Both the position numbers and the translations under genes were made by a program. A model generated the notes under the pieces. The model was not told the origin of the DNA. It saw only the letters and a list, made by a program, of their open reading frames with translations, and did not search any database. Source: an uncultured virus (IMG/VR IMGVR_UViG_3300020213_000033) (taxonomy: Duplodnaviria; Heunggongvirae; Uroviricota; Caudoviricetes). Taken from it: a DNA stretch of 20,000 nucleotides. The stretch is taken from the IMG/VR virus record IMGVR_UViG_3300020213_000033. One strand, given 5' to 3'. Positions 1 to 8,309 of this stretch are shown here, piece by piece. Within the stretch, counting starts at the first letter, position 1; each line of letters opens with the position of its first letter.

Positions 1-1
1 C

Positions 2-124
2 GGCAAGGTCGAGGTCGAAGCTGAACTCGGCATCGAGCGCGGCGAAGAGCGGCAAGGGGGTGCGCCAGCTGTCCGATGCGCGGACCTCGCCGGGCGCGAG
101 CTTGGTGCGCTTGATCTGCTTCAT
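2..124 (-). CDS. Phage DNA N6-adenine methyltransferase (Dam-type, PF05869-like), N-terminal part; runs off the window
   Basis: Not in the ORF track. ATG at 124 overlaps the upstream TGA (ATGA). Translates MKQIKRTKLAPGEVRASDSWRTPLPLFAALDAEFSFDLDLA, matching the W-x-TP..F..LD.EF.FDLD.A N-terminal motif of phage Dam methylases. Confidence 0.8.
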   Translation of the reverse strand, partial: MKQIKRTKLAPGEVRASDSWRTPLPLFAALDAEFSFDLDLA

Positions 125-567
125 TTCATCGTCCTCTTCGGTTGCGGCGCGAGCCCGCCCTGTACGTGCTGCACGGCCGCTTGGATCTCCAACGCCCACC
201 TTCCCATCCTGAGGCTGAAAACCGACAAGTGGCGCAGCACCAGAGCCGCGTCGTCGAGATCCGTGGCGTCCGTCGGCATCGCGCAGTCCCAGGCAACGAA
301 CGCGAGGAAGTCGGCCAGCTCGACGATGGTGTCGAGCGGGTGGCCCACGATCATGGTGTTGACCTGCTCGCGCAGCGCGATGCTGGCCAGACACGCCGGG
401 CACGTCGTGGGCGTATGCACGCCGTCCTCGAGTGCGTGCTGGTAGCCGCCGCCGTCCGCGAGTGCGTGCTGGTAGCCGCCTTGCGGGTCGTTGGGCGGCG
501 GCATGACGGCCGTGCGCGGCTTCGGGGCCGCGGGGGCCTTCTTCTTCGGGCGCGTGGGTGTGGTCAT
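121..567 (-). CDS. Hypothetical phage protein (148 aa) with Lys/Pro-rich N-terminus, a duplicated GGYQHAL(A/E)DG motif and a CPAC motif
   Basis: ORF track; stop is coupled to the next ATG; same strand as all neighbours. Confidence 0.7.
   Translation of the reverse strand: MTTPTRPKKKAPAAPKPRTAVMPPPNDPQGGYQHALADGGGYQHALEDGVHTPTTCPACLASIALREQVNTMIVGHPLDTIVELADFLAFVAWDCAMPTDATDLDDAALVLRHLSVFSLRMGRWALEIQAAVQHVQGGLAPQPKRTMK
421..480. repeat. Tandem 2 x 30-bp in-frame duplication
   Basis: gccgtcc(t/g)cgagtgcgtgctggtagccgcc occurs at 421-450 and 451-480 with one mismatch. Confidence 0.95.
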
Positions 568-568
568 G

Positions 569-763
569 TCACCGTTCCTGTTCGGGGTCGATCGGCAGTT
601 CGGCGGGGGTGGTCGGGTCGGGCAGAACCATCGGCCAGATCCCTTCCAGTAGGGCGAGCGCGACCAGCAGCAGCAGGATGATGACCCAATCCCGTGCGGT
701 GAGGCCGAGGAACATCCGCCGCCACGGGCGCGGGCGGACGTCGAGCTTGTTCGCGTCGCTCAT
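569..763 (-). CDS. Small single-pass membrane protein (64 aa)
   Basis: ATG at 763 overlaps the previous TGA (ATGA). MSDANKLDVRPRPWRRMFLGLTARDWVIILLLLVALALLEGIWPMV contains one hydrophobic helix. Confidence 0.7.
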   Translation of the reverse strand: MSDANKLDVRPRPWRRMFLGLTARDWVIILLLLVALALLEGIWPMVLPDPTTPAELPIDPEQER

Positions 764-1011
764 GGCCTCGGCAACGCTTGGACGTAGAGCACGTCTTTCT
801 CTGCCCTGCACACGGCTACTCTCGCGCGTAAGCCCTTCGCATTCGCCCGTTTGCGTATATAGCCAGTCGCGGAGACCATCGTCGATTGGAAATCAACGCC
901 GTTCTGGAGGCGCCAGATGCGACCGTCGAGAAACCGATCAGGCCATGGCGGAATACCGCTCGGACCCGGTCGCCCTGCCGTCGACGGGAACGCGTCGATC
1001 ACGTCAGCCAT
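760..1011 (-). CDS. Hypothetical phage protein (83 aa), possibly DNA-binding
   Basis: ORF track; PW..FLDGRIWRL..GVDF pattern and a basic C-terminal half; abuts both neighbours. Confidence 0.7.
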   Translation of the reverse strand: MADVIDAFPSTAGRPGPSGIPPWPDRFLDGRIWRLQNGVDFQSTMVSATGYIRKRANAKGLRARVAVCRAEKDVLYVQALPRP

Positions 1012-1012
1012 T

Positions 1013-1438
1013 TCAGGGCGCCCCCAGATACGTCCACGTCGATTCGTGCTCCAGCGCCATCAGCGCCAGCGCGGCCACCGCGCACAACAGCAGCACCGTT
1101 GCCTGCACGGGCACGAGATCGACCACCCACTGGGCGTCGATGTCGCGCGCGGGGCTGGCGGTGAACTGCACCGTGTCTTCCGCGTCCTCAGTGGCCGCGT
1201 CCCTCGAATCGAATGGGCCGGTCGGATACTTGCCGGCGACGGCCCAGAACCAGCGCGCGTCGTCCATCTCGAAGACGTCGAGCTGGTCGCGCCGATACCG
1301 GGTGGCGTGGATGGCCGTCATGCCGCCCGGTTCGCCGCAGCGGGGGCACGTCGGCCCCTCGCTGGTGGTCTGGCAGTCGGCCGTGGGCGCGCGGTGGCCG
1401 CATTCGTGACAGACAAGATCGCGGTTCAGTGTATGCAT
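1013..1438 (-). CDS. Zinc-ribbon protein (141 aa) with a hydrophobic C-terminal segment
   Basis: CHECG...CPRCG motifs; AGGAG RBS upstream; lies just after a consensus promoter. Confidence 0.7.
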   Translation of the reverse strand: MHTLNRDLVCHECGHRAPTADCQTTSEGPTCPRCGEPGGMTAIHATRYRRDQLDVFEMDDARWFWAVAGKYPTGPFDSRDAATEDAEDTVQFTASPARDIDAQWVVDLVPVQATVLLLCAVAALALMALEHESTWTYLGAP

Positions 1439-1490
1439 CGGGGCTGCTCCTACCCTATGCGGCCGGCGTGAGTGCCGGACCTCGACGCCG

Positions 1491-1519
1491 ATCCTACTGC
1501 CGATTTATCGTTCTGTCAA
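1491..1519 (-). promoter_or_regulatory. Sigma70-type promoter TTGACA-N17-TAGGAT
   Basis: Plus strand shows tgtcaa at 1514-1519 and atccta at 1491-1496 with a 17-bp spacer, about 50 bp upstream of the ATG at 1438. Confidence 0.75.
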
Positions 1520-1757
1520 ATCGGGGGCTGCGTGTCGGCGCGCTTGGCCGCCGCCGTAGCCAGTACTTCCACTTGAAGGCGGCCCTGGTCCAGCGTGTGC
1601 CGCGCCGCGCCGCCTTCTGCTGGATGCGATGCTGCCGGGCGCTCAGGCCCAAGCGACGACGCGTCATGCGCGCCGAGTCCGGCGAGCATCGGTAGGTTCG
1701 GCCACCGTCTGATTGCCGTAGCCAGTACTTCCGGTCCGGCGTCGGGTTGTCGAACAT
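1494..1757 (-). CDS. Small Arg-rich hypothetical protein (87 aa)
   Basis: ATG is coupled to the upstream stop (TGATG); very basic sequence. Confidence 0.55.
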   Translation of the reverse strand: MFDNPTPDRKYWLRQSDGGRTYRCSPDSARMTRRRLGLSARQHRIQQKAARRGTRWTRAAFKWKYWLRRRPSAPTRSPRFDRTINRQ

Positions 1758-2338
1758 CAGGGCCGCCAGAGCGCCACGCTCACCTTGTCGCCGCGCTGCA
1801 CGCTGTAGCCAGGGATGGTGAGGGTCGCCGCGCCGAAGTAGAACGGCTGCAAGATCCCGTCGATGACGCTTGTGGCCACGTCGACGTCGCCGAGCCGATA
1901 CCGATCGGTCACGGTGGCGTCGAAGGCCACCGCCGGAGGCGGGAGCCGCAGGCGCGGGTCCGCCGGCACGGTCGGCAGGAGCAGGTTGAAAATGGCCGGT
2001 GCCGAGCAGTCACCGTTGCCGTCACACGCCACCATCGCGTAGGCGTTCTGCGCCTGCCGAGACACGATCACGCCGCTGGCGGTGCCGAGTAGCTCGCAGT
2101 CCATCGCCGCGTTGCGCGGGTCTTCAATCCGCAGGCCCGGCGAGCTCGACACGCCGCCCCTGGCCAAGCCGCACGACATGCTCGACGCCAGGAACGTGCT
2201 CGTCGACACGGGAAGCGGTAGTGTGCGCGTCAGTCGATACGACGTGGGGAGCGGCACGCCGGGCAGCGGCTGCGCCTGCGCGGGGCGCGCCGCGAAGAGT
2301 ACGAGACAGACGATCGCGATGATGGCGAGGATTCTCAT
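1757..2338 (-). CDS. Secreted/exported beta-rich (FN3-like) protein (193 aa)
   Basis: Likely start is ATG 2338 (AAGGA upstream). Signal peptide MRILAIIAIVCLVLFAARPAQAQ; paired Cys; resembles 16363..16809. Confidence 0.7.
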   Translation of the reverse strand: MRILAIIAIVCLVLFAARPAQAQPLPGVPLPTSYRLTRTLPLPVSTSTFLASSMSCGLARGGVSSSPGLRIEDPRNAAMDCELLGTASGVIVSRQAQNAYAMVACDGNGDCSAPAIFNLLLPTVPADPRLRLPPPAVAFDATVTDRYRLGDVDVATSVIDGILQPFYFGAATLTIPGYSVQRGDKVSVALWRP

Positions 2339-2517
2339 GATGCTGTTCCTTTTCTTGTGAGGTGTCGTTGTGTCCGCTCTAGCCGGTGCCGCCGCTGCGC
2401 GCACCAGATGCACATCTTCAAGCGCCTTGAGCATAGCCTGACCGGGCGGTCACAGCCGGCGATGCGGCACGCGCGTCTAGCCCTCGGCAATGGCAATTGC
2501 GGCCGCGAGGAGGTCAA
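2335..2517 (-). CDS. Possible small Cys-rich (Zn-binding) protein; start uncertain
   Basis: CRIAGCDRP...MCIWC motif; stop is coupled to ATG 2338; no clear start codon or RBS. Confidence 0.3.
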   Translation of the reverse strand: MTSSRPQLPLPRARRACRIAGCDRPVRLCSRRLKMCIWCAQRRHRLERTQRHLTRKGTAS

Positions 2518-2656
2518 CCTTGTCCCACAGTTTTTCGATGACGCGCTCCAGGCGCTTTACTCGCGAGAGCAACGCGCTGTCCCGGGTGCGGCCCGCCGTG
2601 ACGTTGCGGAGGGTGGCGTCGGTCGGGTTGCGCTTCTTCGTGGTGGTCTTGGCCAT
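2477..2656 (-). CDS. Small basic coiled-coil protein (59 aa)
   Basis: Not in the ORF track. AGGAAAGGGA upstream of ATG 2656; MAKTTTKKRNPTDATLRNVTAGRTRDSALLSRVKRLERVIEKLWDKVDLLAAAIAIAEG*. Confidence 0.7.
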   Translation of the reverse strand: MAKTTTKKRNPTDATLRNVTAGRTRDSALLSRVKRLERVIEKLWDKVDLLAAAIAIAEG

Positions 2657-2704
2657 GTTGTTGTCCCTTTCCTATGTCGCGCCGTGCTGACGAACGATCC
2701 TTGC

Positions 2705-3349
2705 CTACTTGGCCCGCACGAGCCTGAGCCCCGCCGCCGGGGCTAGCTCCTTCTCGATCACGTCGCGCAATTGCTCGCGACTCAGGCGGTCGAACTCGCC
2801 AGGGCGCCCCTTCTCGATCTTCGTGACCAATTTGCCGTGCGCCTTGAGCATCGTGATGATGGCCTCGAGCTTGCTGTGGAACCGGGGCTTCAGCACCATG
2901 TCGACGACGCCGTCGCCGGCCTCGACGTTCTGCATCACCAGATCCAAGCTGGCCATCGCCATGCGCGCCCGCGCGGGGATCGTGGACAGCGGGCGGACCC
3001 GGCCTTTGTCGTCGAGGATGTCGGCGATGTCGCAGGTCGCGATCGCGTGGAGCTGCTCGAAGTAGACGTTGACGTCGACCTGCAGGTGGTCGAACGCGGC
3101 TTGCCGGGCGGCAGCGACCTGTGCTCGCACGCTGGGCTCCTTCAGCATCTCCGCGGCCCTAGTGCGGACGCCCGTCCCTGTGCAGCCGGCGGCACGCGCG
3201 GCGTCCTTGTGGGATTTGCCGGCCGCGACGTGCAGCGCGAACGCCTGGCGCTTCGCCTCGCGTCCCTTGGACTCGTTGGTGCCGTGCCGGTACCGACTGG
3301 TGGCGAGGCGGGGCGTGCGGGGGGTGTCCGCTTTGCGCTTCGTGGCCAT
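2705..3349 (-). CDS. terS: Terminase small subunit (214 aa)
   Basis: True start is ATG 3349 (TAATG coupling). HTH KRQAF...AARAAG...AAEMLKEPSV, then IATCDIADILDDKG...LSTIP and SKLEAI..L.K..G, typical of Terminase_2-like TerS. Confidence 0.8.
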   Translation of the reverse strand: MATKRKADTPRTPRLATSRYRHGTNESKGREAKRQAFALHVAAGKSHKDAARAAGCTGTGVRTRAAEMLKEPSVRAQVAAARQAAFDHLQVDVNVYFEQLHAIATCDIADILDDKGRVRPLSTIPARARMAMASLDLVMQNVEAGDGVVDMVLKPRFHSKLEAIITMLKAHGKLVTKIEKGRPGEFDRLSREQLRDVIEKELAPAAGLRLVRAK

Positions 3350-4368
3350 TACTGCGTGGCGTCCTTGTGCCACCGGCGAGCATCCGATCCGAACGTGGTC
3401 CAGCCCTCGGTCGGCGCGCGCCCGAATAACTCCAAGTATGGACCGCCGGCGTACATCCGCTCGATCGCTTTTCTGAACGTTTCGGGCTTCTCCGAGAGGC
3501 GAGGGTCGCGCACGCGCTCGGCGTGGACGCTCTGGACCATCCCTTCGCCGTGCTCGCCGGTGGACCCGCCGCGGTAGTCGGCCACGAATTTGCCGCGGGT
3601 GGCGATGACTAGGTGCTCGTGGCGCACGTAGGTGTAGTGGCCGCCGAGGCCGCGCACCTTGTCCCAGACGATGTTCGTCCGCGCGGTGAAGTCCCACGCC
3701 TCGAGCACCTCGCGCGGGCCTGGGTTCTGCAGGATCAGCGACGGCGGCACCCAGAGGAACAGCACCGCGTCAGGCGTCGTGTGTGCCGCCACGGGGAGCT
3801 TGCACATCTCCGCCACCGGCATCGTTTTCCATGGTGGGGCCGCGTAGAGGACGCGGAACTGGCCCTCGAGCACTGCTTGGCCCTCGATGACGCCACGACG
3901 GGCCGCGGCGCGGATCTGCCGGCGCAGCTCGTTCGTGCTGTAGCCCTCGTCCGTGGCCTTCGTGAGCCACGCGCGTTGCTCTCCCGGTGGCAACGACGCC
4001 ACTTCGCCGGAATGCGAGAACGACGGGGCGAGCGCACGGGCCTCCACGTCGACATGCGTGGCGATGTAGTGCTGGTTCTTGATCGTGTGCAGCGAGAGCC
4101 CCAGCGACGACGTGACTTGTGCGGCCATGTCTTGCCACTCGGCACGCGTCTCGGCGTACGTCAGGAGGTCGCCCACCCAATACGGGGACGCGGTCCCGGT
4201 GGCGGCCGTGAACTCGAGCGCGGCGCGCCAGTTGTCCTGAGTCACCCGGCCGGTGAACAGGACCGACCGGGCTCTCAGCTTGATGCCCTCGAACGCCGCG
4301 ATCGGGGTGTCGTCGAACGAAAAAACCCGTTCACCGGGACTTTTCGCGATAGCGTTCGGCTTCGCCAT
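3349..4368 (-). CDS. Fusion of an LmbU-like DNA-binding domain and an MT-A70-family adenine methyltransferase domain (catalytic motif degenerate)
   Basis: N-terminal YWVGDLL...LSLHTIKN...SFSHSGEVASLP..EQ..WL..A..EGYS..ELR is LmbU-like. C-terminal FRVLYAAPPW, AVLFLW, IVWDK, HEHLVIATRG, SEKP, YLELFGR..EGW..FG is MT-A70-like. Confidence 0.8.
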   Translation of the reverse strand: MAKPNAIAKSPGERVFSFDDTPIAAFEGIKLRARSVLFTGRVTQDNWRAALEFTAATGTASPYWVGDLLTYAETRAEWQDMAAQVTSSLGLSLHTIKNQHYIATHVDVEARALAPSFSHSGEVASLPPGEQRAWLTKATDEGYSTNELRRQIRAAARRGVIEGQAVLEGQFRVLYAAPPWKTMPVAEMCKLPVAAHTTPDAVLFLWVPPSLILQNPGPREVLEAWDFTARTNIVWDKVRGLGGHYTYVRHEHLVIATRGKFVADYRGGSTGEHGEGMVQSVHAERVRDPRLSEKPETFRKAIERMYAGGPYLELFGRAPTEGWTTFGSDARRWHKDATQ

Positions 4369-4374
4369 GATGGC

Positions 4375-4848
4375 CTAGTGGACCTGGTCTTCGTCGTCGT
4401 CTGGCGTGGAATTGGGGGCGTCGTAGGTCAGGTCGACCTCGTCGGTCGTCTCGTCGCCCTCGCCGCGCGCTAGGTCGCCGTCCTGCTTGATCACGTGGAC
4501 CCGCAGCGTGTCGGCGCCGGGCACGAGCGACAGTTCGATGCCGGCGTGCTTGTAGACGCTGTAGTTCCGGTTGGTCATCTCCTGGAGCGCCGCGGCCTTA
4601 CTGCTCTTCTCCTCCCTTTTCGCGTTGTTGATCACGTCGCGCTGCTCGGAGAGCCCCTCGCAGATCAGGTTCAGACGGACGTTCTGCGGCTGGGTCATGC
4701 CGGGGAGTTTCCGTTCCGCCGGCGTGTGGGCTTTCGCGGTGGCGGCGGCGTGGGCCTTGCTCCGCGGGGCGGACTTGCGCGAGGCGCGCGCGGACGTCTT
4801 CTTCGGCGTCGGGATCTTGCGGGCGGTCTTCTTCTTGGCTTTGCTCAT
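4375..4848 (-). CDS. Hypothetical phage protein (157 aa) with a basic histone-like N-terminal tail and acidic C-terminus
   Basis: ORF track; AAGGA upstream; fits operon spacing. Confidence 0.75.
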   Translation of the reverse strand: MSKAKKKTARKIPTPKKTSARASRKSAPRSKAHAAATAKAHTPAERKLPGMTQPQNVRLNLICEGLSEQRDVINNAKREEKSSKAAALQEMTNRNYSVYKHAGIELSLVPGADTLRVHVIKQDGDLARGEGDETTDEVDLTYDAPNSTPDDDEDQVH

Positions 4849-4881
4849 GACGACTCGTTCCTTGGGTTGGGGTGGACGGGG

Positions 4882-5370
4882 TTACAGGGTCGTGCGGCGC
4901 TTGTACTCCGCGATCAGGAGGCAATCCGCGATCGCGTGGGTGACGCGCGTGCCGGGGAAGAGATTCTGTGCGAGCGTCTTCGTGATGTTCTTGTCCCGTC
5001 GCACGGGCGGCGACGGCGGGGCGCCCTTCACCCGCTTGGCGGCTTTCGGGTAGGACACGCCCATCACCTTCTGCCATCGGCGCGGCAGCACGTCCTCGAA
5101 CGTCACGCCGTGCGCGACCAGCGCCATGCGGATCGCGCCGTAATTGGTGCCGAAGGTGAACGCGCCGACGTGGCCCCAGCCGGGCGAGGACCAGACGCGC
5201 TCGAGCGCCGCGTACACGACGCGGCCGAGCGGGGCGAGTAAGCAGAAGATTGCGCGGTCCTCGTCCGGCATGGCCGAGACGTAGACCACCCGCCCATCCG
5301 TGTCGAGTAGGGCGATCCCGCCTGACGTGCCGGGATCGATGCCCAGAAAATAGGGTTCGGGAAAACTCAT
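4882..5370 (-). CDS. RuvC-like Holliday junction resolvase (phage type)
   Basis: FLGIDPG.SGGIALL, ALERV, FTFG.NYG, P..WQK and ADCLLIAEY: RNase H-fold motifs of phage RuvC-like resolvases. Confidence 0.88.
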   Translation of the reverse strand: MSFPEPYFLGIDPGTSGGIALLDTDGRVVYVSAMPDEDRAIFCLLAPLGRVVYAALERVWSSPGWGHVGAFTFGTNYGAIRMALVAHGVTFEDVLPRRWQKVMGVSYPKAAKRVKGAPPSPPVRRDKNITKTLAQNLFPGTRVTHAIADCLLIAEYKRRTTL

Positions 5371-6332
5371 GGTTGCTGCTCCGGTTGGGATTCTACCTCT
5401 TGCGCGAACATCGGCGCGGCGTCACCGATCCTTCGCCGAGCCAACGCCACGTATTCCGCGCTCAATTCACAGCCGACGAAGTGCCGGCCAGCCCGCACGG
5501 AGACCGCGCCTGTTGTGCCTGAGCCCACAAATGGGTCCAGCACGGTATCGCCGGCTCGGCTGCCGGCAAAGATGCACGGCGCGATCAGGGCCTCCGGGAA
5601 GGTGGCGAAGTGTGCCTCTGGATAGGGTTGTGTGGCGACCGTCCAGACGCTGCGCTTGTTTCGCTCGTCCACGAGGCCGGCTGTCGCTGCACTAAAGCTC
5701 GCGTTTTGCTTCGCCCCAGGCGCGTTTAAAGCCGCCTTGGGATTAACGCCGGAACCTCGCCCATGTGCCGTACCGCTTACCGGCTCCGTAATCGCCTTCC
5801 AGTCGTAGTAGTAGCGCGGCGACTTCGTGAGCAGGAACAGATACTCGTGCGCCTTTGTCGGCCGGTCAGTCACGGACTCAGGCATCGGGTTGGGCTTCGC
5901 CCAGATAATGTCTGCGCGGAGATACCAGCCATCAGCGCGGAGCGCGAAGGCGACGAGCCATGGGATGCCGATGAGGTCCTTGGGTTTAAGACCAGTCGCA
6001 ACCTTCTGCCTCCCAATCCCAGTGGCGCCGTGGAGCGCCTTTACGTGCTTGCCACCACTGGACCCGCCCCACTTCGTGTCGTTCGCATAACTGTCACCGA
6101 GGTTCAGCCACAATGTCGCGTCGTCCTTGAGCACGCGCCGCACCTCGCGGAACACGTCCACCAGCGCCGACACGTAGGCGTCGGGGGTGGCTTCGAGGCC
6201 GAGTTGCCCCGCCACGCCGTAGTCCCGGAGCCTCCAATACGGCGGACTCGTCACGCACATCTGCACACTGGCATCGGGTAGCGTGCGGAGCCCGTCGCGC
6301 ACGTCGCCGTGGAGAATTTGCCATGTGCTCAT
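5367..6332 (-). CDS. Site-specific DNA methyltransferase, N4-cytosine/N6-adenine (beta class, N6_N4_Mtase)
   Basis: VTSPPYW motif IV precedes VLDPFVGSGTT motif I; also IIWAKPNPMPES and HFATFP; ATG 6332 is coupled to the DnaB stop. Confidence 0.93.
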   Translation of the reverse strand: MSTWQILHGDVRDGLRTLPDASVQMCVTSPPYWRLRDYGVAGQLGLEATPDAYVSALVDVFREVRRVLKDDATLWLNLGDSYANDTKWGGSSGGKHVKALHGATGIGRQKVATGLKPKDLIGIPWLVAFALRADGWYLRADIIWAKPNPMPESVTDRPTKAHEYLFLLTKSPRYYYDWKAITEPVSGTAHGRGSGVNPKAALNAPGAKQNASFSAATAGLVDERNKRSVWTVATQPYPEAHFATFPEALIAPCIFAGSRAGDTVLDPFVGSGTTGAVSVRAGRHFVGCELSAEYVALARRRIGDAAPMFAQEVESQPEQQP

Positions 6333-7780
6333 CAAATTGTCACCCGCTTCCTGGCGATGATCATGGCCTTTTTGGTGGCGGCTTTCTCCTCTGCCGTGGG
6401 CTCCGGCGCGGTGTAGCCCTCGGGCATTTCCTCAAACCGGGTCGTCTGGCGGTCCAGGGTCAGCCAGATGTCCGCGGTGTCGTGGTTCCGCGCCTTGTCG
6501 ATAATAAAGGCGGTCGGGCCGCTGTTCTTGTGGTCTTTCCGGTGCAGAAACGCGATCACGTCGGCATCCTGCTCGAGCGCGCCGGTGTCGCGAAGGTCTG
6601 ACAGCTTCGGCCTCGGGTCGTCCCGGATCGTGCTGTTGCGGTTCAGCTGCGACAGCAGCATCACCGGCACGTCGAGCTCTCCAGCCATCAGCTTCAGTTC
6701 CCTGCTCACTGCGGCGAGCTCCGCGCTGCGGTTCGTCTCTCCGCCTTTCCTCGGTTCGCCTTTCATCAGCTGGAAGTAGTCGATGATCACGAGGTCGAGC
6801 CCGCCGTCCGCCATCATCTGCCGACACTTGCCCCGGATGGTTGAGACGTAGGGTTTGTCGGCCGCGTCGTCAATGAAGAGGCCCATCGTCGCCATGCGCT
6901 CCTGCGCCTGCGCCACCGCCGCCCACTCGTGCGTGACGTGCTCGGGGATGCCGCCGCCGCGGAGGCGCTTGATCGGGATGCCGGTGAGCAACGCCATGAG
7001 GCGATACATCAGTTGTAGCTTCTTCATCTCCAACGAAAAGAACGCGACGCGCCGCTGCATGCCGTCGCGCCGGTGCGACTCTGCCGCAGTCCATGCGCTC
7101 TTGAGCACGAGACTCGTCTTCCCGATCGACGGGCGCGCGGCCACCACCACGAGATCGCCGTTTTCCCAGCCGCCGGTATGCACGTCGAGGGTGGAGAAGC
7201 CCGTGGGCACACCCAGTAGCTCGCCGCGGTGCGCGAAGCGGTATTCCAGGTCGGCCGAGAGTTGCCGGCCGAGTTCCGACGTGTGCAGGAGCGCGCCACC
7301 GGTGCCGTGCCGGAGTTTGATGATCGCCGAGTCCGCGTCCGCGAGGAGCGTGGCAACGTCATCGCCATCGAACGCTTGCGCCAGCATGGCCTGGCCGGCG
7401 GCGATGATTTCGCGCCGCTGCTTCGCTTCGGCCACCAGTGTGGCGTAGTGCGCGATGTTCGTGGCGCGTGTGGCGCCGGTCAACAGCTCCGAGAGGTAGA
7501 GCATCCCGCCGACGTCCTCGAGGGTGCCATGCCGCACGAGGTCGGCCTGTGTCGTCAGCGGGTCCGCGAGCCCGTGCGGCCGCTCGAGTTGCCGGGCGAG
7601 GCTGGCGAACAGCAGTTGGTGCGCCAGCCGATAGAACGACGCCTCGCGCACGAGCGGCGCCGCCTTCGCATACGCGGCGTTGTCGACCAGGATCGACGCC
7701 AGCACCGCGCGCTCCGCGTCGAGGTTGTGGGGGAGGACACGATCAGACTCCGTGTCGGCCCTCGCGGCGCGCGTCACCAT
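6332..7780 (-). CDS. dnaB: Replicative DNA helicase, DnaB family
   Basis: LPHNLDAERAVL N-terminus, GVPTGF..LD, Walker A AARPSIGKT, FFSLEM, IIDYFQLM, LLSQLNR, LRDTGALEQDAD. Likely start is 7780 (or GTG 7777), overlapping the upstream stop. Confidence 0.96.
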   Translation of the reverse strand: MVTRAARADTESDRVLPHNLDAERAVLASILVDNAAYAKAAPLVREASFYRLAHQLLFASLARQLERPHGLADPLTTQADLVRHGTLEDVGGMLYLSELLTGATRATNIAHYATLVAEAKQRREIIAAGQAMLAQAFDGDDVATLLADADSAIIKLRHGTGGALLHTSELGRQLSADLEYRFAHRGELLGVPTGFSTLDVHTGGWENGDLVVVAARPSIGKTSLVLKSAWTAAESHRRDGMQRRVAFFSLEMKKLQLMYRLMALLTGIPIKRLRGGGIPEHVTHEWAAVAQAQERMATMGLFIDDAADKPYVSTIRGKCRQMMADGGLDLVIIDYFQLMKGEPRKGGETNRSAELAAVSRELKLMAGELDVPVMLLSQLNRNSTIRDDPRPKLSDLRDTGALEQDADVIAFLHRKDHKNSGPTAFIIDKARNHDTADIWLTLDRQTTRFEEMPEGYTAPEPTAEEKAATKKAMIIARKRVTI

Positions 7781-8307
7781 GAGAGCCGCTCTTTGTTCGA
7801 TGCCTTTGTGCAACCGGCCTGCGTGGTGCAAGGCGGGGTGTGCCGGCAATCGCTCGGTGCAGGCTCATCGGAAAGGAAGTCGCCCAGGGCCGCGTCACCG
7901 GATGCCTCGGCGTGCTGGTTGACCGTCGCCACGAACACGCCGAACGAGTGCCGCGCCTTGGCGAAGAACAGATCGTGCGACAGCAGATACCGCTGCATCC
8001 GCCGCGCCAGTTCCTCGATCCCGAGTTGCTTGATCAGCCGCTTCAGGTGCGGCACGTCCTTGAAGGCCGTGAAGGCGTAGGGCGACCGATAGCGCCGCTC
8101 CCACGCCTGGCTGAACGTGCTCGCGGCGATCTTCACCAGATCCCCGATGGCCTGCTCGCCCTTGAGCACTTTCGCCAGTTGCTCGCTGAGATCGGCCCGC
8201 TGGGCGTCCAGCGCGTCTAGCGCGTCCACGATCTTTGTCGCTCGTGCGATCCTGCGCTGCATCGTAGCGAGAGTCTCGTCGTCTTCGTTCTTCGTCTTGG
8301 TTGCCAT
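7774..8307 (-). CDS. Putative replication protein / helicase loader (177 aa)
   Basis: AAGGAG RBS; N-terminal coiled coil, then a helical domain (F...W...Y...LKRLI...EEL...YL..D.FF....HSF..F) resembling C-termini of phage replisome organisers; directly upstream of dnaB. Confidence 0.55.
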   Translation of the reverse strand: MATKTKNEDDETLATMQRRIARATKIVDALDALDAQRADLSEQLAKVLKGEQAIGDLVKIAASTFSQAWERRYRSPYAFTAFKDVPHLKRLIKQLGIEELARRMQRYLLSHDLFFAKARHSFGVFVATVNQHAEASGDAALGDFLSDEPAPSDCRHTPPCTTQAGCTKASNKERLSW

Positions 8308-8309
8308 GC

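Noticed and set aside
421..480. 30-bp repeats as a CRISPR array
   Set aside because: Only two adjacent copies, no spacer, and in frame within a CDS.
2705..3697. Extended starts in the ORF track (3697, 7849, 13517, 19268, 19987, 2434, 15226)
   Set aside because: The extensions overlap upstream genes or promoters; internal ATGs with stop-start coupling or an RBS fit better.
4882..6332. Restriction-modification pair (MTase plus adjacent nuclease)
   Set aside because: The neighbour has RuvC-like resolvase motifs, not those of a restriction endonuclease.
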